A DNA stretch of 64,000 bases, from NCBI RefSeq assembly GCF_032062105.1, contig NW_026930674.1, forward strand, positions 310,001-374,000. Reading direction: 5' to 3'. The position numbers were made by a program, and so were the translations under genes. The DNA comes from Saccostrea cucullata. Its lineage: Eukaryota. Under the pieces are notes generated by a model that worked only from the letters and a program-made list of their open reading frames with translations, ran no database searches and was not told the origin of the DNA. Shown here piece by piece: positions 1 through 16,900 of the stretch; position 1 is the first letter of the stretch, and each line of letters opens with the position of its first letter.

Positions 1-159
1 TATACACGAGTTGGAGTTTCTCACAATTCTTGCCAATATTTTTCACAAGTATGTGTTAAACACCAAATCAAAAGTTTTTCTCTTTTCTCCACTTGATTTC
101 ATATTTGAATGGTGAGCAGTTAGCATTACAAAATGTACTGAACTGTTATGGATTCTGAC

Positions 160-4789
<4,630 letters not shown>

Positions 4790-5329
4790 GTTGAAAAGCA
4801 GCCTATGGTAAATAAATTACTAAATTTAACAAAAACTAAATTTTACAGTGTAAGCCACAGGCACTTGTTTCAGAAATATTTTTAACTCAATTATTTCCGA
4901 AACAAGTGCCTGTGGTAGAAGCTGATAAGTAAACATCAAAGTTCTGATGAAACTTTATTCATCTGCATTTTTTCAACAGACCAAATATTCTATCAACTTT
5001 GAATAATGTATTTTCTTAAATATACACTTAATGAATTTCATTACTTTCTGATTCATTGGATCTGCATCTGTGCAATAAAAACTCCTAAATGATTTCCGTG
5101 TAAATTCGAGTTAAAGACGTGAATCGCCTTGACAAATCGTTCGTTTCTTATTCGTAGTAATTTTTTTAAAGCAATAAAAAGCAATATTATCGATTTTCTT
5201 TCACGGCTAAAACAAAAACAAAATTGATTAACTAGTTATCAGCTAGTTGGGAGCAAAAAAAATATTTTTTACATTTGAATCTTCTAAATTAATTTAAAGA
5301 AATATACGAATAATTTTGGTACTACTTAC

Positions 5330-5577
5330 CCAAAATCTTCACGCCGCGAAATTGTAAACAAAAAATTATTTTCAAAATATTTTGAGTTTATACCCTATTT
5401 TACTCGACATTTCCTCTGGATTTTTTCCAAAGAGATGAAAAATTAATTTATGAATTCGAGCAATCAGTTGTCATCGGCTTTTACATCCTGTACGCGCTGT
5501 TTGAGTCACTGAAATCGCGTTATCTCTAGCTTCCGCCTTCCGTCTTCCCATCAACTGTTCGAAGCCACACTCAAAAG
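5330..5577. promoter_or_regulatory. Probable bidirectional promoter PIGN/CYBA
   Basis: The candidate PIGN 5'UTR donor (G|GTAAGT on -, about 5330) and the CYBA ATG (5578) are about 250 bp apart and divergent. The interval is locally CpG-enriched. TSSs are not determined. Confidence 0.6.
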
Positions 5578-8500
5578 ATGAGGCAGATAGAATGGGCGAT
5601 GTGGGCCAATGAACAGGCCATAATTAGTTCATCCGGTAAAATAGTTTGTATATCATTTTTTATCTTTTATGATAAGAATACGAAACATATCTTCATGAAA
5701 AGCAGCACAATACCCTGATAAACTGATAATTTGGGTGCGTTCACAGTTCTACCATTAGTACCAACTTTCAATATACCATTGGTGCAATAATTTGACAATG
5801 GTACCAACTGTACCAATAAACCCTGAACGGATATTGGCATAAAAATGTAACGATTTTACCAGTGTTACCAATGGGAGTCCAATGGAAACGTTGGTAATAC
5901 TGAATTACAGATTTCTTTGTCTTTTATGTTATTGGCACATGCCAGAATGGCAAGAAAATCATAGCCGACTCAAAGCCGAGAAACAAACCACATCAGGATC
6001 ACACTTCTTTAGTTTCCATATCTATGAGTTTTATATAATCCATTTAATGGATCATGTCTAAATCATACTTCAAAATCATAAATTTAAGTGTTTGATATGA
6101 TTTTTATGTGATTTTGGCATGATTTGTTAAAAAGGCTTAGAGGAAAAATTGTTTATATCATTGTGAATCCGGGATCCAAGACTTTCTACCTTGTTGCCAT
6201 GTCGATAACTAGCTGTGACGTCATTTACCAACATTAACCACACTCTAGACTGGGTGCGTTCACAGTTCTACCATTAGTACCAACTTTCAATATACCATTG
6301 GTGCAATAATTTGACAATGGTACCAACTGTACCAATAAACCCTGAACGGATATTAGCATAAAAATGTAACGATTTTACCAATGTTACCAATGGGAGTCCA
6401 ATGGAAACGTTGGTAATACTGAATTACAGATTTATTTGTCTTCTAAGTTATTGGCACATGCCAGAATCGCAAGAAAATCATGGCAGACTCACAGCCGAGA
6501 AACAAACCACATCAGGATCACACTTCTTTAGTTGCCACCTCTATGAGTTTTATATAATCCATTTAATGGATCATGTCTAAATCATACTTCAAAATCATGA
6601 ATTTAAGTGTTTGATATAATTTTTATGTGATTTTGGCATGATTTGTTAAAAAGGTCTAGAGGAAAAATCGTTTTTATCATTGTGAATCCAAGATCCAAGT
6701 CTTTCTAGCTTGTTGCCATGTCAATAACTAGTGTGACGTCATTTACCAACATTAACCACACTCTAGACTGTCTGCAGAAAAATATACCATTGGCAAAAAA
6801 CATTGGTACCACTGGCATGCCTATGGTAATTAATTTTACCAACGGCAACTTTTGTCTACCAACGGCAGAACTGTGAACGCACCCACTGTCTGCAGAAAAA
6901 TATACCACTGGCAAAAAACATTGGTACCAGTGGCATGCCAATGGTAATTAATTTTACCAACGGCAACTTTTGTCTACCAAAGGCAGAACTGTGAACGCAC
7001 CCAAAGGTATATAGCTTGATAAAAGTATATAGCTTTATCAAGGTATTACAAATACCTTGATCAAGGTATTTTATATAAAGAAAATACTACAAAAATTCTC
7101 AAAAATTTAAATTTAAAAGTCGAATTATGAGTGTGGTCAGTGTATCCACTGGTGCATGAAAAGCACTCTGGTATCAAAAAGACAGCATAAAGGAATGTGC
7201 ATTTACACTGATTTCCTTGTGATATAAATTTATTCTACTTCCAGTCATCCTTTTTGGTGGAATCATTGGTATAGCAGGATTTTTCCAGGCTTGGGAAATT
7301 GGAATTTATGCAGTGTATCCTTATTTAGATAGAATGTTCTATCACCAAAAATGATTAATTTTCTGTTAAAATTATATATGTCCTATGGACCTATTATTTT
7401 AGCTCATTCTACAGTCTACACAAAGAATCAGAAGAGTTTAGGACCAAATGTAACCCGTTACAACACATTACTGGGTGAAAGAGGTGACAACTGAGGGACA
7501 GAATCTATAATAATTTCTCAAGAATCACTGAGGCAGGTCAGAAAAAACAGACAAACATTTTCTTGCTTAGGTCTCTGATACTATAGTTAAGAAATCTTGA
7601 TCCACAGCTAATCTTGCTAGGATGGGACATCAATAGTGGTTAAAAACTTGTATATTGTGTGAATAAAGTATGCATTTGAGGGGAGATCAATGGATGAAAA
7701 AATCAGTTACTAGTAAAACAATTTAATATTCAAACTAGTAGGAAAGCATTACTATATATAAGATCTGTTGAGTTCACATTATAATTATTATAGTACTGAA
7801 ACAACTGTAATCATTTTTGAGTAGCAATATAGAGAGTTATAATTTGTTTCCATCAGGAGACATGATCGAGCTCAATTGAGTGTTGCTGCCTGCCTCTTGT
7901 TATTAAATAAATTCAAAACTGATGTCAATGAAACCCCCAAAATCAGACATCAGCAGATATTTTACTTAACTCCATGTCCAGCGTTGCTTCCATTTTGGTG
8001 TTTGTTGTGGAGTATCCTAGGGGTAAGCGCGTCAAAGGACGTACAACAGAACGCAAGTAAGATGTCACATCCTTTTTATCTATGCATTATCTTCACAAAA
8101 ATACCTACGCCCAGTACATGATTTTATCTATTATTTATTTCTATTTTTCAGATTCCAGAAACCTTTTACAACACTGGTGAATTGCAGTGGGTTTCTTGGC
8201 AGAAACTATTTTGTTAGATTCCTATTCCATCTTATGTGAGTTCCTCTAGTATTTCCTATCAATATCATCTTAATGTAGATTGTGCTGGTCAAATTAAAGG
8301 AATTCCTTTTCTTTGCAAATCAACTCATCTGTTTCAGATTATGTGCTCCGTTGTGTTTTATCCTTGCGACAATTATGGGTGGACTGAGTCTGTTTGTTAC
8401 CAGCATGATATATCTAGCAGTAAGTACAAGTACCAGTTTATCCCCAGCATTATAGTTAAGATTTTCTGTCTTCAGGGAAGACCTTATAGTTATTCTATTG

Positions 8501-9880
8501 TTTCTTCTTATTATTTTTCCATACATCAAATTTTGTGCACATGATTTCTCGAAGACCACTGGGTGGATTTTCATGAAATTTACAGGAATAATGTGTTGTT
8601 ATCTGAAGTTATTTTAGCCGAGAGATTTTTTGAAAATTCACTTCAAGTGCCAAGTTATGGGACATTTCCTGAATTTAAAATGACATTTTGTCCGCAGATA
8701 ATCTCAAGAAGGGTAATAAATATCAATGTGAAACTTTCAGGGATTATAGATCGTGATAAATTCTATCCAGGACGCGACTTCTCGTTTGTCGTCAATACTT
8801 AGGGTCGTTACGAGATATGACTTTAAAAAATCATATTTTCTAACTTTTTGGTTTTCTGATATTTTTCATTTATTTTTGGAATTTAAATAGATACCTTTCT
8901 TATAATGCTTACTATATAATTTGTTTTAATATTGATAAATCTAAACTATCTGAAGCGGGTCCAAAATGGTGGCTGTCTCAATCAACTCCGGCATTTGGCG
9001 AGTAGGGGGTTAAAGAGGCAACTGAGCATTTGCTTGAATGAAAGTAACATAAGGATAAATGAAATGTAAAGGAATACTTGGATTGTCACGTTGTAGTAAC
9101 GTTGCAATTCTGTGTCAGTCTAATTTTAATCCAATGTCTTGTCAAACGGCTTCTATAATTCGTTTTGGCTGGTTCTCAAAGTAGAAAAAGAAAAGACTAA
9201 ATGTGCAAATGAAGTACGATACCTACTATCTTTTGTTTTGCACCACGAAAAAACAGATCTTAAATCATATAGTTATAAGTAATAGTTTTTTTCAAATAAC
9301 AAATACAGTATCAATATTTATAGTAAGAATAAAATGTAACCACAGTTACTCCCATGCACATTTGTGTCATATTAGATTAATAAAAAAGACAAAAATAAGA
9401 ACACCATTTTAAAAGATCATATTATGGAGATTTTTTTTTCTCCAGAATCGGACAGAAGACCTCTCGTTGCTCACAACGAGATCATTACTAGTTCTATAAT
9501 AATATTCTTCATATTTCCTATTCGTAATAAGATACAAGTATTTTTTCCTCTTTACTCCGTCCCACAAATTCCCTGTATGTAAATGTAAGTCTGCTTCTAA
9601 CCCTTTTCCTGGTTTCCTTGTTTCTTCTCCAACTTTTCATTTTATAAGCACATTATGCAACTCTGATTTCCTCTCACGCCCACATAAAATTTGAACAAAA
9701 ATTTCCGTATTTTAATTTTTTCTTTTCTAGGCAGCATTTAAAGGAGAACAGTGGAAACCAGTTGGTCTGGAGGAGAAACCAGCCGAAGATTTAACCAAAA
9801 AAGATCTCAAATCATTCCGTCAGCCCAAGAAGCCCCCTCCCAGAGCCCCACCCCAGGAGGTACACGACAACCGGGTCTGA
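5578..9880 (+). CDS. CYBA: Cytochrome b-245 light chain (p22phox), 172 aa, 6 exons
   Basis: Exons 5578-5635 (MRQIEWAMWANEQAIISSS), 7245-7314 (VILFGGIIGIAGFFQAWEIGIYAV), 7982-8056 (VASILVFVVEYPRGKRVKGRTTERK), 8152-8235 (FQKPFTTLVNCSGFLGRNYFVRFLFHLI), 8338-8419 (LCAPLCFILATIMGGLSLFVTSMIYLA), 9731-9880 (AAFKGEQWKP...QPKKPPPRAPPQEVHDNRV*). Total 519 nt, in frame. IEWAMWANEQA, EYPRGKR, GEQW and the Pro-rich tail are p22phox hallmarks. Not represented in the ORF track. Confidence 0.97.
5733..7002. mobile_element. Non-autonomous TIR element (MITE) with a second copy of itself nested inside (inner copy 6252-6884)
   Basis: TIR GGGTGCGTTCACAGTTCT...AGAACTGTGAACGCACCC occurs at both levels. The inner copy is flanked by an ACT/ACT 3-bp duplication. 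GGG termini plus a 3-bp TSD suggest PIF/Harbinger. Confidence 0.9.
7315..7981 (+). other. U12-type (minor spliceosome) GT-AG intron, CYBA intron 2
   Basis: 5' splice site GTATCCTT (7315-7322) is the U12 consensus. Branch-site-like TTTACTTAAC at 7961-7970 lies 11 nt from the 3' end, and there is no polypyrimidine tract. Confidence 0.88.
8455..9492 (+). mobile_element. Helentron/Helitron-derived non-autonomous element (HINE-like) in CYBA intron 5
   Basis: The 5' end has a short IR (GTCTTC...GAAGAC) and a TTC/TTA-rich tract. The 3' end has subterminal GACAGAAGACCT, hairpin CTCGTTG-ctca-CAACGAG and CTAG|T. Boundaries are approximate. Confidence 0.6.
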
Positions 9881-10941
9881 ACCATGAGTGCCACCCCAGG
9901 GGATACATGGCAATGGATCCCTGAGGTCTATCCCAGGGGATAAATGACAGTTGTGTCTGAACATAAAAAGACTTCTTACCAAATGAGATTATGTACCATA
10001 TTTTGTTGATATATCTTCCTATTTATAACCAGAACAAATTTTAAATACATTGACTCCTGTGCCATATCAAATCATACCAAACACAGTATAATTGTGTTTC
10101 TCTCCCATTATTTCAGTGCATCCCACTTCTCTTAAGAGCTATAAAGCCTCTCTCTTTTATTCAGATAACCATCCTATCAATGTTATTCCAAGAAATACAT
10201 ATCTTGAGTCCTTACACACCCTGTTTGCTCAAAGAATTTTGTTAAAACACTTTCATTTAATCATTTAATGATTTATTTACATATACATTATCCTTCTTGA
10301 CAATCATTTTATATACCTACAATGTATGTATTTATTGATTGATCACATGTATTAAATCTTGAACAATAAAATCTTGAAACATTATTTCCATTGCATGGAA
10401 GAATTTAAGCATATAAATGTGTACTTAAAATGTACATTTAGGATTTTTTTTTAATGAATGTATTGCATTATTTCAGGAAAGGCTTCAAAATATATGTACT
10501 TGATTTTGGTACAAAGCCTGTAATGTAGATACAGAGTAAATAATTTCTCTTACTTATGGTTACCTGGTAATACATAATCAAACTTGATAAAAATCAAGTA
10601 AATTTTATAATAAATGTCAATAACTTTTCTCATGAGCATTAATTTAATTGTAAGGGTGTAAATTACAAATCCTACTACCCGGTATATAACAACTATAATT
10701 CAATTAACCAATGTACATGTATTTTGCAAAAGTACCGGAACCTGTGACCTTGTGTCAGAATGTGTCTATCTACACAGGGTCTAACCTTGTGTCCAGCACT
10801 CTGAGGGAGCAAAATGATTTTCAAATTGAAATCAAGGTTAAAGTTGGACATAAAAATCCTCTCTATCCAGAAACTTCTCCATCCTGATATTAATCTTCAT
10901 TTTGATCTCCAGTTTTGGGGTCAAGTCACAGTGGTTCACTC

Positions 10942-13900
10942 TCAATCCTTTGATCTTCTTTTTTTTGACTGAAAAAAAAGTCAACTCATCACTGAAACAA
11001 AGCAAAACTGTAATCAAACACCTTAAGGATAAAATTATGGTTGATTCTAATGAGTGGTTACCAAAAGATATTCAACAGGGTCAGGAGCTGAAGTTGTAAG
11101 CTTAAAGCCATAAACAGGCCACTAACACATTGTGAGAATGCACAGGTAGACTCATTTAATTGACAGGTTTTGAACAGGGATGTTTATCATCAGAACAATC
11201 AAGCATATTAATTTATGTACTGAGATAAATAAAAAATTGTGAATGATGTTGCTATAAACATTTACCGGTAAAATATAAAATGCAGAATGTTTTTACATTC
11301 ATTATGGTAAATGGTTTATAAATTCTTTAGTAACTTCTCATTCTGTTTTTTCTTTTGTCTATGATTTCTATGTCATAAGATTTAGAGACAACAAATACTA
11401 ACCCAACTTTTACAAAATAATGATGGTAAGCAAATCCTCAAATGTAAAAAAAATTTAATAAATGATAAAGAAAAAAATCTGCATTTCAATTTGTTAATGA
11501 CAACATCACTTGCACTTTTCATGTCAAGAGAATGCACACTTGATTGTTTTGATGTTGACCATCCATGGTCTCCATCAGTCAACAAAATAAATCACAATGT
11601 GCTAGTGATCTGTTTATGTCTTTAAGTTTTTCCTCTTATTAAAGTTATAAAAAAAGCTCTAAACAAAATATGTGGTGCTACATGTATACTTACTGATGGT
11701 AAGGGGAGAGAATCTGTAGGCTCTGTCTGCTTATTGCTTCCTTCTGACCTGTTAAAAATGAAATATTAATAAAGACAAAAAATATCTTATTTAACTTACT
11801 GACATGCTGGCTGTTTATCAATTTGTGTTGATAAGGGCTATCTATTTTTGCATTGATGAAAAAAAAGAATTCCTCCTTTACAAAAGATTGTGAAGAGGAA
11901 CTTGTGGGGGGTAATTTACACTAAATGCATGTAGATAAACATATTTTGCAGAAAATAAAAAGAACCATATTGATTCTGCCTCTGGTGCAAATAATTATAG
12001 ATATACATAACTACAATTTACAGACAACCATTAGTGTTGAGCATTCACTTTTTAAATAAGAAGTGTACAGTTGTCCAGACCATGCCTCCTACAGCCCATC
12101 CTCACTAGCTAGGGTCTAGGACTGCTTCTCTCTCTTTACACAGAGGACAGAGAGACCACAACCATTGACTAGGAAAGATGTCAGACCTATAGACAGATAT
12201 ATCTTACTTTTCCCTGTCAGCTTGAGCTTTCCTCTTCAGTCTGTGCTGAGGGAATGAGGGCATCAATTCTGGATCACATGCTGGAAAATAAGTTAATACC
12301 ATGTTTATTAAGAGAATCCAGGTCAACTAATATTGTAACAAGAGATGTTTGTAAAACACTTATACCCCCCTCCCACAAATAATTGGAATTTTCCAAAGGG
12401 ACATAAGTCTGTCAAAAATGGCTGGATAACCCAAATCAGAGGTTGACCTACATATTTTTATGATAAATCTGTATACTGAATGTTAGTTCAGTTTGTGCAA
12501 CCTCTGCAAAGAAAATAAACGGAAACTGCAAATAATTGGATTTTTTTCTCAGTCCAAAATGGCCCATTAGTACCCAAAACAGAGGTTGGCCTAGATTTTC
12601 TTATGATAAATCTAAAAATTTAAAAAAGAATTTCATTTCAATATGTGCAACCTCTGCGAAGAAAATGAATGGAAACTGATGGTGGACCAACCGACAGACA
12701 GCAGCAAAGCTGTATGCCCTCCCTTCTTCGAAGGGGGGCATAAAAATAAGTATCTACCATGAATACTAGCAGAAAACGGGTCACCTTATATTAACTTTAC
12801 AAGCAGTGTTATAGCAAATACACATATTATTGAATTCAGGCTTATTGCCCAACTGATTTTCATTCCCTGCACTATTAAAACATTTTAAACTTGACAGATA
12901 CAGCAAATTACAGTTATAATGTCAGAATTAAAATTGTTCATCTGAGGCACTTCAATATAAACATGTTTTATGTACTGCACATATACATATATATTTAAAT
13001 GTTCCAAAACTGTAGTATTAAGATCTAGTAAACTGCTTTTTAAAGTAAAATTTTGGTTAACACAGTACAGAGCAAAGTTAACATACGGAATGGTTGTTCT
13101 TTGAAGTAGGAAAAATCTAAACAATCTTCAGCAGTTGCTCTAAAAAAGAAAAGAAAATACATAATGACATTTTAAGTAACTTGCAATAAAGCATTCTGTG
13201 TTTAAAAATTGGACATTCCAGGCAATGGTAAATTTCTTTGAGTTTTAAAATTTCTTAGTTTTCTCCAACAAATATGAAGTCTATTTTCCCATATGGATAT
13301 ATAAAGATACATCAATTATGATTAAAAATGGACAAGGAGAGTAGCGAAAAACCACTTGGCCTAGCCTTTGATATGAGGCAAAAAAACAAAAAACGAAGCC
13401 TAGAAGAGCAGATTTAAATGATATAATAATGCTGTGTACCTTTTAGATGGATCATACATGAAGAGGAAGTTGAGGAGCCGCACTCCAGAGTCTGTCAACC
13501 ATGGAAATGTGTGCTTAATGTTGTTGTACCTGAAATCAGTAATTATGATATGTAAACATACCATAACAAGAAGGGAAATACTCTGTATTTAATCCTCAGA
13601 TCATTTACTTACTTTTGTGGCAAAGTATTACGTTGTCTTTCAAAACAAAAAAGATGTGCCTCTTTTATACTAATGCCCCCAAACATGTATGGCCAAGTTT
13701 TAAGGTATTTAAACAGAACATCCTAAATACTGTAGACGTACTTTTTTCCGCGGGGTCATAATTCCACGGAATCACAATTTCTGTTTAATCCGCAGGTAGA
13801 AAATTACGCGGATTTCTTAAATTGTCACTATATGCCTTACATTAATATTAAGTACGCTTGGACAAATTTCCGCGGAAAATTTGTGACCGCGTACATAGCG

Positions 13901-16900
13901 TAAAATAATACCACGCGGAAAAAAGTACTTCTACAGTACTTTATTTCTGCAAATTCATGAGATTTTGATGCTTTCATTAAAATTCATGCATATCAAAACT
14001 TTGTGAGACTCACGGCTGTTTCTTCAGTGACAAGGTTTCCATTGCAGGTAACTTGGAAAATCCCTGCAAAGAATTTTATATGACTTGAATAAGAGTGAGA
14101 GCTGTGAATACATGCAATACAAGTATACAAACTAGAGATTTACTCCATTAATATGGTGATTTTCATTTCATTTACATGTGCAATGTTTATTCATCAAAGC
14201 AGTACCATCAATAGGATTTAATCAAAAACTATTTCACCTAATTAAAATATTACCGGCCATATATTGTCATTTGGGGTCCCAAACATTTCTATGATGAGCT
14301 CGATTTGGTGGATTTCTGACCTCCCTGGGAGGAGAGGTCGGTGGGCAAGCAACTCCCCAAATATACAGCCAGCTGACCTGTTTATAATGTAAATGGTGAA
14401 CTATAGTAATATCAAAATACCACCGGTATATTAAATATTTATAGTTTTGCTCTGTTATAGCACAGTTATCCATTTATTGATACATGTAACCCTTATCCAA
14501 AGAAAAGTTACTGTTTTTAACCTAATTATTCATGAATCTATATTCAAAACATAGACTTTATTATGTACATTTACAGTGCTTATTTAGTGGATAAAATTGT
14601 CCCCCTTTGATCCAGCAAGTAGTAGAACATAAACATTCTATGATTTTGGGCATATCATTAGTTAAATTTTAATATTCCAGTCTATCAATATGATTCACAT
14701 GTATAACCCATTATTAATACACATTTTTGTACTCTACATAGCCGAATGCTTCAAAAAATATTTTTTTCCAAACAATAAGACATTCCCCATTTATCTACCA
14801 TATTATGCATAATCACTAAAACAATGTAATCCTATCTCCTGCCTTCTTACCACATATCTATTGCTGTTGTTTGCTCCTTGGATCCAAACAGTAGCTCTGG
14901 TGCTCTGTACCTGTTAAAATTTACAGAGAAGAATGACACAAAATCCAAGTTACATCAGTGTATTCAAATCCAGGTAACACAAGTGTATTTATTTATTCTA
15001 TATTTAGCACAGTTTATGACAAAAAAAAGCCTAATAACTACCACAAGGTCACTACTAATGGTGTCAGGGGTTTCTGAGGGAGTCCATATTTTCTGGCCAA
15101 CCCAAAATCAGCTGAAAAAGATTATATACTTTTAGATCTTTTATCTCTTTGTCAGTTAAACATCAAGACACTTCAACATATTTGAGATGGGTTTATTGTA
15201 AGTGACATTTCTATTGATGTGATTTTATCACTTTAATAGTAATGCACCTTTTGGTACAGGCATTTCTAGCGATATGATTTTTTCTGTTTAATAAATAGTA
15301 ACACACCTATCTTGACACTCCCATTATCTGTCATCAACAAGTTGGAGACTTTCAGATCTCTGTGTATTATAAAGTTCTCATGTAGATATCTTAAGGCTTT
15401 AAACAACTGTAGCATGATGCATTTCACCTATAAAAAAAAATCTTTGTCTTACATTTCATTTTTGAGCCAAAATAAAATTTGCAATGTAGATTATTTTCAT
15501 ATTTTGATACTGGATCATGAAAAGCAAACAAAATCTGAACTGTTTTCTATCATTTCAGCTAAATATAATAATGCAGCTACAAGAAATATCATTTTGAAAT
15601 ACACATAAAAATAAGAACTTTTTGATTCAGTGAACTTAAACAAAGAGTAGTTAATTTTCTGGGTCTTACCTGAGCTTCTGAGAAAGGAGAGGACATGTTG
15701 TCTAGAAGTGAGGCCAGATCCTGCTCGCAGTATTCCATCACCAGAAAAATACTACAAAACATGTCAATACTGATCATTCTGCAGTAAGGCCTAGAGTCTT
15801 ACACAAAATACATTCTCCTTATGGCAAATATAATTTACATCTCCAAACCATTACTTTAATTCTTTGACATCATTTTCATGTTATATAAATTTGACATACA
15901 CAAACAATTTAAGAACTTAAGCATTTTACCTTTCTAAACTTTTTCCAACCACTACTTCTTGAAGTTCCACTATGTTCTGATGCCGTAAATTTAACAAAAT
16001 GTTAATTTCTCTCAATCCACTGACAGGAATTCCTGAAAGAATATTAGAAAAAGAATTATTGAATTAACTGCTAAAAAAAAACCACATACTTTTTGTGAGG
16101 TCAATTTTTTGTGCTTTGAGGGGAATGAGGGGGTTTATGGGGATTTATATTTGTGGATGAAGAATTTTGTGTAGATATATGCAAGAAATTTTACATTTTG
16201 TGGTGGGAATGAACTCATAGGTATTTTCACATCTTAAAATTAAAAAATTAAGCCCACAAAAATTGCTGAATTCCCAATAACTGTACAGGTAACCAATCTC
16301 AAAGCTGGTATTACCTGTACATCATGATCAATAACTTTGTTCTTGATTCTAATTATCCATTTATTTTTCAAACAGTGTTAGAAACAGAAAGAGGAGAAGC
16401 AACATAGATTCTAAGTCTCTTAAAATGTAAATTTAAGTGCATTTATCATTGAATACTGAAATACAGAATGATAACATCACAATTATTGCTAAGATTGTTG
16501 AAACATCAAAACAACCTCAGCAGTAAGTAACTTCTCATCAAGCGATTGTAGCTAAGTGAACTGGTCTTTACATACTATATTGAATTGTCATTCTGAAGTT
16601 TTACATACCATTCTTTTCTCTTTCCATTCTCATTTTCTTTAATGCCACAATTGTATCTGTCTTCCTATCTCTTGCTCTATCTGATAAATCATAAAAGAAT
16701 CTTGATTTCTTAATATGCATTTAAGATTCTAAGTTAAATTTATGAAAATCTTTTATAGACCATTCTTTTTCATCATTTTATATTTAAGCAGCTGGTGTAT
16801 GAGAATAAAAAATAACTTACAAACAATTCCATAAGTGCCCTCTCCTACCCTGCTAAGCTTCTCAAACTCTGACACACTGCGACATTTTCCATGCTACAAA

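Noticed and set aside
6705-7041. Two similar short ORFs (CVHSSA.GRQKLPLVKL)
   Set aside because: Translations of the duplicated MITE end; no transposase motifs.
7876-8802. ORF-track proteins over CYBA exons 3-5 and the downstream repeat
   Set aside because: Wrong frames or strand. The real frame is p22phox, and the rest is repeat sequence.
9881-10941. Possible overlapping 3'UTRs of convergent CYBA and CDK10
   Set aside because: Candidate polyA signals exist that would avoid overlap (AATAAA at about 10365 on +; ATTAAA on - near 10450 and 10643). Undecidable without 3'-end data.
12108-12186. Apparent extra CDK10 exon ([10 protein letters not shown]...)
   Set aside because: It would need a 21-nt intron, too short for spliceosomal removal.
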